Positions 22,801-33,180 of a stretch of DNA of 64,000 bases are shown piece by piece. The first letter of the stretch is position 1. Every line of letters begins with the position of its first letter. This DNA is from Ylistrum balloti (taxonomy: Eukaryota): NCBI RefSeq assembly GCF_031769215.1, contig NW_026782216.1, forward strand, positions 1 through 64,000. Reading direction: 5' to 3'. The notes beneath the pieces are model-generated. The model did not search any database and was not told the origin of the DNA. It saw nothing but the letters and a program-made list of their open reading frames with translations. The translations under genes were made by a program, and so were the position numbers.

Positions 22801-25538
22801 GAATTTCTCATCAAGTCTCTATTTACTATTTAGCTAATCCATTTGGCAAAAATTATTTAACAGAATGATTGAATTCCAGGTACACAATTATTGGTTGTTT
22901 AATTAAGAGCATAGAGGGTTCGAAAGTTGGAGGAAATCACAGCCAACCTGACAATATTTTCAATAGGTATTGAATAGGAATAGGCAAATTTAGAATGACA
23001 TGCAAACAACAGATTTGATCTGCTTAATCAAGTGTTGTTTTTTCCTTTAGGGGAGATCATGTTGAATTCAGTTGTTTTATATTTCCATCAATAACCAGTA
23101 TTTCATCTTTGTACTGAGATTCCCAATTTTTGTCTGTACAGGTTTGGTCACAGCATCTGGAAACAATCAAGGAGAGAATTTCAGAGCATAGAGAAACAAC
23201 ACGATCAGGACATGAACAGCACAAGGTTTTAGCACAGGTATGAAATGAATCAAACTCTAGACACAAAAGTCTAGACAGGTCATATGTTTACTATCATTGA
23301 AATATAGACAGTTACAGTTCTGGAGCTTTTTGATACAGAATCTGTAAGCATAGTTACTACTATAAGAAAAGTTTGCAATGCCATCAAATTTTGCAAAATG
23401 TTATTATCTTTCAGATTTTGGCCATACAATGTAGAATTTTATTCACACATCCCCAAGATGACACTTCAGTTTGGTATGGAAGATGAATAAAGTCAGACAC
23501 ACCCCCCAAAAAAATCTGGTTTTCAACATTGGATGTTTGATTTATCCCCTTCACAAATTGTAATTGGTGTAGATTTCTAAAGAAATCAATAATAATGTGC
23601 AAGGGTACATATATGTTCAGAATTTACATTATTTTTTTCTAAATTTAAAGTTTTTCTTGTATCAAAATTTTTCTGTTTACAGTCTCTGGTCAGTGAGGGT
23701 CAAATTCATACAGATAAACTGGTTTCCCAAATGGGAGAAAACCTACAACAATGGGCTACCCAAACACAGGACAGACAGACAGAAATGGAGACACAGGCAC
23801 AGTTTACATCTGATTGGTCAAACAACATGTCAGCTGAACTACAGAAACATTCACAAGATGCTGAAACATTTTTACATGAAGAACTAAGGAAAGATATTCC
23901 TACAGGTATGGTTCATTTAATATACAAACAAAAATTGAAAAGTGCTGCTGAGATCACTAGATCAAAACAATTGTCAGAGTGTATTTCTTACAAGGAAAAT
24001 GAGATCCAGCATCTGACTAAATATTTCCAATGTCATGGTAGTCCTCTGCTGATGGATTCCTTTGGAAGATAAGTTGAAGGTAAAAGTGACCTGACAACAT
24101 TTGTTGCAAGGTATTAGTAAGATTTATTTGTTTTTTTTTGTGACTTAATTTGCTTTTTCTGATTCAGTCAATCATTGTGGGGATACTTTTTTGAAATAAC
24201 ACATACAGTAACAAAAAAAAGAAATACTTTGTTGAATTTGAAGTCAGTTTCAGGTTTATAATTATCACGATTTTTGCACAAGGAATAGAATTTTGAAACA
24301 CAAATATCTTGAAAATATGATTAATGGAAAATATCACACTCTGTTTCATAGCTTTTGTGAGAAACACATCTTTTGGGCTTCTAGTGTTTAGTGTAACCAC
24401 AAAAAAGTGGAATCTTCAGGCAAAAAACTTTTTTCAGGTAATTTGTATTTCATTTCTGAAAATAAATTGTTTTGAATTTATTTTCAAATGATGATAAATG
24501 AAGCCTTATTTTATCTGAACATCTGATATTTAGAATACAGACTAAGAGTGAGATTTCATAGAACCTAATAGGTGCTTTGATTGAGAGCGTAAAATGCAAA
24601 GTTGAATGACAAGGGAACCATATATATACAATGGTTTACCTCTAATCCCTTCTTTATAGGAAGCACAGGATAATTATTATTGTCTAATGATAATATGTTG
24701 GTTGTTTTCCCAGGTAAAACTCCACAGAGAAGAAATATAACTTACCCTCTACAGCTCACACAGACCACTGAACATGATCTTCTACTCAACAACTTCAGGG
24801 CTGACTATAACACTGATCCGCTTGTTACAAACCTCAGCAGTTCTCTGGATGCAGTGGCAGAGTGTAGCCAAAATAAGGTAAAAACTTTTAATACATGTAT
24901 ATCTAAGACAGGGGTTCTCATCAAGTGACAATCTGCAATGTTTCCTTAATGTTTGTCTCATGGCCTGAGTGTCTAGTTAAGATCTTGCAATAGTGCATCT
25001 TCTTCCTCTGGAATCAACCTTTTCTTAGAGCTCAGAAAAAGTGAAAGGATGTGTAAACGTATTAAGTAAAACTACACCCCTTTTGCTAGTATATTTTGCT
25101 GAGTGTTACTATATTACTTTTACAGACAAGTGAGACAGATGAGGTAGAATCCACTCCCAGTGAAGTTGGAAGCGAGTCCTCTTGTACTTCTGGTGTTTCC
25201 AGCATAAGTCGAGCCAGCAGCAAGGTACAAATTTCCTGCATGCTTTACATTGTTATCTCCCCTGCATTATTATAATGATACTTAAGTTCTTTTTGTTTAA
25301 ACCCAATTAATTAGTTTCTCTCAGAAAGAAAATAAGTGTGTTTTCAACTGAATTTTTCATTACTCTGATAGTATCTTCCCTGGTTTACATGTTCAACATT
25401 GTTTTGCAGATGTCAAGAAAAGAAAACGCTCTTAAGAAGCCAAAGTTACCTTCTAAAACAAAACAGAAAAATGTCAACACAACTCCCAGAGGAAAGACTC
25501 GTCTGCCTTTGAAATGCCAAAACCAAGCAGAGGGATGA
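7844..25538 (+). CDS. KIF11: Kinesin-5 (KIF11/Eg5/BimC), 25 coding exons, 1055 aa: 7844-7899,10407-10634,10919-11060,11496-11615,11735-11859,12405-12495,12925-13070,13242-13338,14082-14177,14801-14889,15267-15354,16620-16829,17153-17360,18094-18266,18368-18496,19234-19389,19874-19930,20328-20389,20844-20943,22210-22293,23142-23237,23683-23905,24714-24877,25126-25224,25410-25538
   Basis: All junctions are GT-AG and phase-consistent (3168 nt). Motifs: P-loop GQTGSGKT, loop-5 [23 protein letters not shown], coiled-coil stalk, BimC box TGKTPQRR and a C-terminal KEN. Confidence 0.96.
8830..9900 (+). mobile_element. Decayed CR1/L2-type LINE, reverse-transcriptase 3' part, in KIF11 intron 1
   Basis: Broken frames spell SGVPQ, FINDI, KMFA, LQADLD and [10 protein letters not shown], plus RATKLVP, TRG and NRAVNTW-like CR1 C-terminal motifs, with many stops and frameshifts. 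Confidence 0.8.
10114..10255. repeat. Tandem duplication (~71 bp x2) containing a strong cryptic donor
   Basis: ttatatgataccaaagg...tatagagtttctgaaaaag repeated; the first copy continues aaaaa|gtaagt. Confidence 0.75.
13053..13185 (+). repeat. Three copies (45-47 bp) of the KIF11 exon 7 end plus donor
   Basis: ccctcatataccatacag|gttggttt at the real donor (13071) and copies at 13118 and 13163. Confidence 0.85.
13515..13832. repeat. Minisatellite, ~28 bp unit (gggtcaagggagatagtggaaccatact), KIF11 intron 8
   Basis: About 11 diverged tandem copies. Confidence 0.8.
15500..15720 (+). mobile_element. SINE (Meta-core type, bivalve-like 3' tail)
   Basis: gtgggttttctctggttgctccagcttttctccacc core, atgaccttggctgtttacaggatgtaaa tail and a short terminal repeat. 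Confidence 0.65.
15770..15870 (+). mobile_element. CORE-type SINE fragment
   Basis: gttgtgtctttggggaagacactt resembles the CORE-domain consensus. Confidence 0.45.
16858..17125 (+). mobile_element. Truncated HINE/pearl-like non-autonomous element in KIF11 intron 12
   Basis: tttgtcccct...aggggaa 5' inverted repeat, ctgtcc microsatellite remnant and atgaaaatt/tgaaactt body motifs as in the 59.5 kb element. Confidence 0.5.
18485..18710 (+). repeat. Three diverged copies (75-76 bp) starting at the KIF11 exon 15 end plus donor
   Basis: catgctcag|gtttgtaacatc (18497), tatgctctg|atttgtatcatc (18572) and tatgctaag|gtttttaatgtc (18648), each followed by ggtctg(ct)a..atc.tca. Confidence 0.7.
20929..21870 (+). 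repeat. 36-bp tandem array (24 units, 21005-21868) built on the KIF11 exon 19 donor
   Basis: Unit gtaaggatggttagccttcagcatggcctgtcacag; the exon ends gacctgtcgcag|gtaagg. Confidence 0.95.
21970..22140 (+). mobile_element. Degenerate tRNA-headed SINE
   Basis: ggggccatgatagcttagatagtagagcat (A box) ... ggtttgatccc (B box). Its 3' part resembles 53000-53060 (ttcagtgagaaag..cagctgctaca.ggaga). Confidence 0.55.
22274..22790 (+). repeat. 45-bp tandem array (10 units, 22294-22743, plus a degenerate 11th) built on the KIF11 exon 20 donor
   Basis: Unit gtatgttctct(a/t)aacatat(t/c)caaaattaaatgtcaaac(a/c)caacag; the exon ends acagtcaaacacaacag|gtatgt. Confidence 0.95.
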
Positions 25539-27930
25539 TGAGACAATCTTTACAACTTCAACAGAACAAATCCTTCATTTTAAAATAGTTTTAAAATCTA
25601 GGGAATTTTTGTACATTTTATATTGTTTTCATCTGAATGAAGGGAGATATTGTAAGAATGCTTGTCATCTTCTTCGAACCTGACAAATACCAGAAGTGAG
25701 AGATGTTCTTCACAAATGCAGATAATTTCATCATCCACATGTATTTATGTTTTTACGATAATCATGATTTTGTTCTTGGGGATGGGGGGAGGGGAGACTA
25801 TTTGTTGCTGTTTGCAATATTTTTTATGATAAAACTGCATCCGAGATATTTTTAAGATGTATTAGTGTGTGGATGATTATAAAGTATGTTTACACTGATG
25901 ACATCACATATTTTTGTGGTAAAATTCTGTTTATCCTCATCTCACAGTTTCCATTGCATTTCCGATCTTTTTTTTATTTCTCTTACTTCAATTTTCATCT
26001 CTTTCTTCCTACTACTGTACCTCTGCATCTCTTTCATCATCATTCCTATTTTAGATACTTCTCTTATAACTATGATTTGTAAAATCTCACACTGAAATCA
26101 CATTTCTTATTTCAATTTTGTATCATACTAATACATATATATCACCACTAATTATATTTCAATATTTTAGTATGTAAATTTTTATCTTTTAAGAGTGAGA
26201 ATAATTATGAACACACCTCTCGAACCACATTTCAAATAGTTGTAGCACAATATTGTGCTGAAATTCATTTCTGTATCAGGAATTGTTTTGTGTTGTCTTG
26301 TATACATAACTTATTTCATTGTACTTTTTCTTGATTTGTGTTGCTTTTGACTATAGAACTTTCCAATAATTATGTAGGGGGCTAACATTAAAATGTTTCG
26401 TAATTTAAAAGGTCATAATTTCAATGTCATTGTTGTAATTCAGGATTTTTCTTCAGGTCATAGTGTAGCTTGATGTTAAATCTTTTTAGTCTTATACCAG
26501 ACTCCTTGGGAAAGAGAATTCACAACACTTCTCTCCTCAGCATTACAAGCACTTGACTACCTAGCACTAATTATTGGCCTGGGTAGAAATTAATTACCTT
26601 TCCCTAACAGATGGAGACACCTGACTCCTGTCTTAACCTGGGTATAAAGAAATCAGATTCTTCCTATGGAAGAGGGCCCTAACTCCTGGCTCTTCAGTTT
26701 TAACTTATAAAACCATTAAACTTGTCAATTTTGCACAATTTATATATATATGATATACAGTGAAATTACAACTTTGTCAAAAAATGTGTATGATGATCTG
26801 TAAGTATCCATTAAATATTTTACATCACATGGGTGTTTTAAATACAGAAAAAATTGAATCTCATTTTTCTTTTTTTGTTTTCTTATGTGTATATCATAGA
26901 TATCAACATTATATTTCATCTTTCAGGACACCTGACTTTTGAAACTTGGGTTACTCGGGGCACAATAGAAAAAACATTTGAAATTTCATAAAACTAAGAC
27001 ACTGCAAAAACTAAATGCAGAGTAATGATGAAAGAGGAAAATATGTATTGAAAACGGCCATCTGTATCAACAGTTTCAGTTATTTTGGCAAATAATTTAT
27101 TTCAGTGGCAGATATGACAATTTGACATTATATGACTTCAAAATGTCAGATTTTAAAAATTCAGTTAAAAAAGTTAAAATATAGGAGTTTCTAGTCATGA
27201 CTTAGATAAAATGAAGTACTACAGTTTCATATTTAGGATTTTCCTGTATAGAAAGGGGAGGGAAATAACACATGAGGGTCTTCAAATTGGTTATACTCCT
27301 GCAAGCATTGCATTTTGCAGAAATCTCTTGAAATACTTCAATAGTAAGTTTTGATTGACTTATCTCAGTTTATATCTCACAGGGGTTACTGACTCCATTA
27401 TTTCTTTATTCTTTGATGCCATAGACTTTGCCACCAAATTTGTGCTGTAAATAATTTCAAATGAGAGAAAATATGAAGAAATATATCAAATGATTCTGTC
27501 CCTATTATTTTTCTTTGTGCAATTTTCATGAAAACGGCTTCACTGTTCATCGAAATAGCCATAATATATATTTACATATTTCAAGACATGCGAGAGAATC
27601 ACATGTAAATATGCATTATCATGTACATCAGCTGTAGTGGTGCTTGAATATGACAACTTTGTAAACATATATGCAAGATAGATAATAATTTTGATAACAG
27701 GTGAATCAAGATTTTCTAGAAATAAACTCTTTAAAAAAACCAAATACTGATCTTGTTTGTGTTCTTGTTCTTTATCTGTTGTCCATAGTCTTAACAAGTG
27801 GCTTTATTCTATTTAAATTGGTAACAACTACAGAAAGAACTAGTTGTAACAAGATTTTGGTGATAGTTACTATCAAATGTTGCAATGGTCCAAATCTTAA
27901 CTATCATACTTGAGGTTCTAGGTTTATTTT

Positions 27931-29186
27931 GGTTAATTTAACAATGTCAAGCAGGGTACCAAACCAGTCTCTTAATATGGAGAATGTCTTTTGCCAATTT
28001 AGGTTAATTTAACAATCTAAAGCAGGGTACCAAACCAGTCTCTTAATATGGAGAATGTCTTTGCCAATTAGGTTAATTTAACAATCTCAAGCAGGGTACC
28101 AAACCAGTCTCTTAATATGGAGAATGTCTTTGCCAATTAGGTTAATTTAACAATCTAAAGCAGGGTACCAAACCAGTCTCTTAATATGGAGAATGTCTTT
28201 GCCAATTAGGTTAATTTAACAATCTAAAGCAGGGTACCAAACCAGTCTCTTAATATGGAGAATGTCTTTGCCAATTAGGTTAATTTAACAATCTAAAGCA
28301 GGGTACCAAACCAGTCTTTTAATATGGAGAATGTCTTTGCCAATTTAGGTTAATTTAACAATCTAAAGCAGGGTACCAAACCAGTCTCTTAATATGGAGA
28401 ATGTCTTTGCCAATTTAGGTTAATTTAACAATCTCAAGCAGGGTACCAAACCAGTCTCTTAATATGGAGAATGTCTTTGCCAATTTAGGTTAATATAACA
28501 ATCTAAAGCAGGGTACCAAACCAGTCTCTTAATATGGAGAATGTCTTTGCCAATTTAGGTTAATTTAACAATCTCAAGCAGGGTACCAAACCAGTCTCTT
28601 AATATGGAGAATGTCCTTGCCAATTAGGTTAATTTAACAATCTAAAGCAGGGTACCAAACCAGTCTCTTAATATGGAGAATGTCTTTGCCAATTTAGGTT
28701 AATTTAACAATCTCAAGCAGGGTACCAAACCAGTCTCTTAATATGGAGAATGTCTTTGCCAATTTAGGTTAATTTAACAATCTCAAGCAGGGTACCAAAC
28801 CAGTCTCTTAATATGGAGAATGTCTTTGCCAATTTAGGTTAATTTAACAATCTAAAGCAGGGTACCAAACCAGTCTCTTAATATGGAGAATGTCTTTGCC
28901 AATTAGGTTAATTTAACAATCTAAAGCAGGGTACCAAACCAGTCTCTTAATATGGAGAATGTCTTTGCCAATTTAGGTTAATTTAACAATCTCAAGCAGG
29001 GTACCAAACCAGTCTCTTAATATGGAGAATGTCTTTTGCCAATATAGGTTAATCTAACAATCTAAAGCAGGGTACCAAACCAGTCTCTTAATATGGAGAA
29101 TGTCTTTTGCCAATTTAGGTTAATGTAACAATGTCAAGCAGGGTACCAAACCAGTCTCTTAATATGGAGAATGTCTTTGACAATTA
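27931..29186. repeat. Highly homogeneous 69-71 bp tandem array, ~18 copies
   Basis: aggttaatttaacaatctaaagcagggtaccaaaccagtctcttaatatggagaatgtctttgccaattt repeated with few variants. Confidence 0.95.
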
Positions 29187-30386
29187 AGAGCTGGTTTATA
29201 TTGGATTTAAGAATGTAATTTTTTCCCTTTAATGTTTTTCAATTCAGTTGGTTACAATACACAAGGTTAAAATAAAATGTTTAAGCAAAAACATGATTGA
29301 ATTTAGTAACACAACCTAAAATACTTTCAAACTTGAGATCTCCCGTTTTTCATTTTTTTCCACCTTCACTTGTACGCAAATTTCAGTTCAGACCAATTCT
29401 GTTCATGGAAATGTCTCAAAATTTTATTTACGGTTTTTTTCAGGAATGTAGTAATGTTTGTTTTTCCAGGACTAACATATGAACAATGTCTCTTACTGTT
29501 AGAAGTCCTCTCAGCATCATCAGGAGTAGTAATTAAAAGTGGAATTGAGATAGAGGGACAGCGCACCATGACATAAGCATTTCAAGGTCTAAGGCCAGTT
29601 GAACTGCCAAGGATAAATTACAAATTGGAAAATTTCAAGGAATTTTTATTGCCTCTAAATATTGTACATAATGAATAATGAAGGATGATAACATTTAGCA
29701 GAGTTAAAGTGATTTCTGTCATATATAAACACGACATGCAACAAATACACCATCATAACAACATAGAACAAATACATTTATATATATTCATTCTCTAAAG
29801 AAGTGAAAAATTATTTCCTAATACAGATCTTTATTTCATTTCAAATTCTTGTTTCCAGCAGCTTATTAACATTACTACATTAAAATATACAATATTGTTA
29901 AATTCTGTACAAAATATCACAATCTGATGGAGGTAATCCTGCACAACTTCCAAAATCAACATCTTGTACAATGAGCAGTCTTGTTTAATAAATAAATTCA
30001 GCAGCTATTATTGAAAAATTAAATAACTGCCATAGAATCATCCTTTTTATCTTCATTCCCAAAAATACATGGTTATTATTTTTATACACTTTTATTAGTA
30101 TGATATTCATAAATAGGCAAGCATCACATGAATGTACTTCTTGCAAACATTGCATGGCATTCATTCCGTTAAGAAAACGAAATTTTTTTTCAGGTACAAT
30201 TTACCCTGGGTATAGTATAAAGCGACTGTGAACAAGAAATCTCAAGGGATCTTGGCACTCTTTTAATTTAGAACATTTAATCTTGTATTTACTGAGTATT
30301 GACTTGTTGCAGTAATCAGTGACTCAATTACCAGTCAAAATGGAAATAGACAGTCACACTTTCTGTATGACCCATCCAGTATTTTC

Positions 30387-30588
30387 TGAACAATAGCAAT
30401 GACAATCTTCAGATATCAATATCCAAAAAAATCACATGGCATTATTTTCTCTCTGATTTCTCTAAAAAAAAAAACAGGCATAAATTTTGAACAATAGCAA
30501 TGACAATCTTCAGATATCAATATCCAAAAAAATCACATGGCATTATTTTCTCTCTGATTTCTCTAAAAAAAAAAACAGGCATAAATTT
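30387..30588. repeat. Perfect 101-bp tandem duplication
   Basis: 30387-30487 appears identical to 30488-30588, including an A11 run. Confidence 0.9.
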
Positions 30589-31319
30589 TAACGTGTGTAA
30601 ATAAATGATAAAATTAAGGCAAAGATGCATTCATTTTTTCCTGATAGAATTACAATTAATTTGAACTAATGTGAACATGCTGTCTGTCAGCCATTTTGTT
30701 TTGTTATTTCAATCAATTTCAATTGGTGAAAAAGGGAATCTTAACGTTAAACTTGAGTGAAATCTTCAACAAACAGCAATACCAAGACCTAAGGACGAAC
30801 CCAGACAAAGGGCAATTTTGAACATCTCTAAATCTGTTGATGTTGAGCTAAAAACAAAACTTAAGTACACAAAAATGAAACACCGGGCTAAAGATAAGGA
30901 TGATAATATAAACAAAACTAGCAGTGTAAATCTATTTCCCTGAGGTAGGACAGCCTTGTATAAAGCACCATGTAAATATAAGTAATCTTTCTTATTGGAA
31001 AAATTCAAAACTAACCATTAAGATATCAGTCATCGTTTATTCAACATTAAATTAATGTCAGTTAGTAAATGAACTGGAGTCAATACATACTATATTTGGT
31101 GACTATTGTCTTTGACATTTCTAAACCATATCTATACATATTTATCACATTTAACAGTTTAATACACTAAATTTACAACAAACTTCCCAAGTAATGTTAT
31201 CTCTACAGATTGTCTAAAGTGGATTTTCTTCTCTTAGAATACACATTGACCTTGAAAAATCACCCCTAAAAAGTCCTAAGAAATGCAGACCTTGAATTAA
31301 GCCACCATCAAAACATGAG

Positions 31320-31690
31320 CTATCCACCTTTTATCGGACACATAGACAACCTGCCCTAAAATCCATGGTCTCAACCTTTAATCAAACAATCTAGACCATA
31401 TTTCTCACCAGAACATATCCACCTTCCATCAACACAAGTAAAAACCGTTTTCGCCATGAGATCACCCAATATTCGCCTTCCATCTGTCAATATAGACAAC
31501 ATCACCCATTAGAACACCTGATATTAATCTTCCACTGGACACAATACCGACCACTTTCTATCAGACACGGAATGAACCACCTTCCATTACCTCAATAGGG
31601 GTCACCTTTCACTGGACATTATATAAACCACCTTTCATCAGAACACTTGGTAACTACCTTCCATTGAACACAATAATACCCCTTCCCCAG
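31320..31690. repeat. Old degenerate minisatellite (ccaccttccat...acac motif, ~28-30 bp)
   Basis: Recurrent ccacct(t)ccat/gaacac motifs. Confidence 0.6.
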
Positions 31691-33180
31691 CAGAACTTGT
31701 TTTTCTTGTCAAATACAAATCCTAGTATTGCACTCAATATGACAGATATAATTGTTATAGCATAGTTTTCATAGAAAACACATTATTTTGGTTTTCATAG
31801 AAAACATTTAAAAACAATGTGCTTGTAATCGTATGGCTTCTGGAACTCCTCCAAGCAACACACAAGACACACATATCTAAGTACTTATAGGACCCATATT
31901 AACCAGTACTTCAAGTATTGAAGGTCCATGACATTGTCTCAAATCTAATATAAAACTTGTAAAAAAAGGCAAAGGAAAAATTCTTACATTAAGATCAATT
32001 AAGCTCTCCAATAATGTGAAAAAAATTTATTGAAAATAAACTAGCTTGAATTAAAATTTTAAAAATCCCCAAATGATTATATATCTGTAGAGTCACCACA
32101 ACCCCTGTCCTTCAATCAAATTAAAGCCACCTTCTAATTTTCAAGGAGGGTATAAAAACGTTTTGAAAAATGTGTAAGGACATCACTGATACAAACAGTA
32201 AAATTATTGTCTTTGATGTAAATTTTTGAGCTGAAGTATTAGAATGTTTTCTTATTGTATTTGTCCAGTGATAAGTCAATAATACCCTAATGATATTTTC
32301 ATGAGCCAGAAATTTTTCTGTATTGGGTCTCTGCGCTTATTACAGGAAAAATCCAGTATGTTAGACAAGGTTTTTGTTGGTCTTTTTGATGGAAAATACA
32401 TACAAGCTAGGTTTATACAGTCAATACTGTTCTGTCTCCAAAACCAGACGTTAAGACATTCTGACAGACAATCATGTTTAAACATAAAGACACCTGTCTG
32501 TCGATCATTTAACATCTAGTGTATGAGCCAGGGGGAACTCAGACTAATAGTGACACTTAATGGTTCGTTAACTATTTCACATCATAACTATCCATTTACA
32601 TAAAAATGACTGGATTAATCTACCCTGATTGTATATGTGGTAAAAGGATGTTTGGAATGTTTAAAAGTAAAATGAAAGTAAAATATGTAATGATGAATTT
32701 CCTGAACAATAGTCGAAGTATCATCACCGTCATGAAAGAAACTTTTGATTACATAGAAATGTTTCATCAAGCAACAAAACCATGCCAGCATCTAACTCAC
32801 TCCATAAAATACTATTTTCATAGCTAATGAATCATCCAAACTGCGCACTTTTGAGTCAAAAGTAAATTGTTGGTTCCCTGATCTTACAGAAGATAATAAC
32901 TGAGTGATACAATATATCTATCAAGTAATAAGCCCTGGGGGCTAAGACATGAATTTGTACTCAAAGTGGCGTTTGAGGTTATTGCAAGAAATAAAAAATC
33001 ATTTGTTATTATTTGCACTAAACTACTACATAGGTGGGCTTATTACCCAGCATGGGCTTATTGCCAAATAATCAATATTGTATAGGCAGCAACATCTGAC
33101 ACAAAATATGTAAGTACACACAGACAATGTATTGATTGTGAACTACAAACTGCTGAACAGTATTTATGACACCAAGATTC

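Noticed and set aside
27540-27797. 85-aa minus-strand ORF
   Set aside because: It has a non-ATG start, AT-rich composition, no homology and no consistent exon chain.
32539-32727. Box C/D snoRNA (minus-strand GTGATGA ... CTGA)
   Set aside because: The boxes are ~185 nt apart with no terminal stem or recognisable rRNA guide; an Rfam/snoscan search is needed to exclude it fully.
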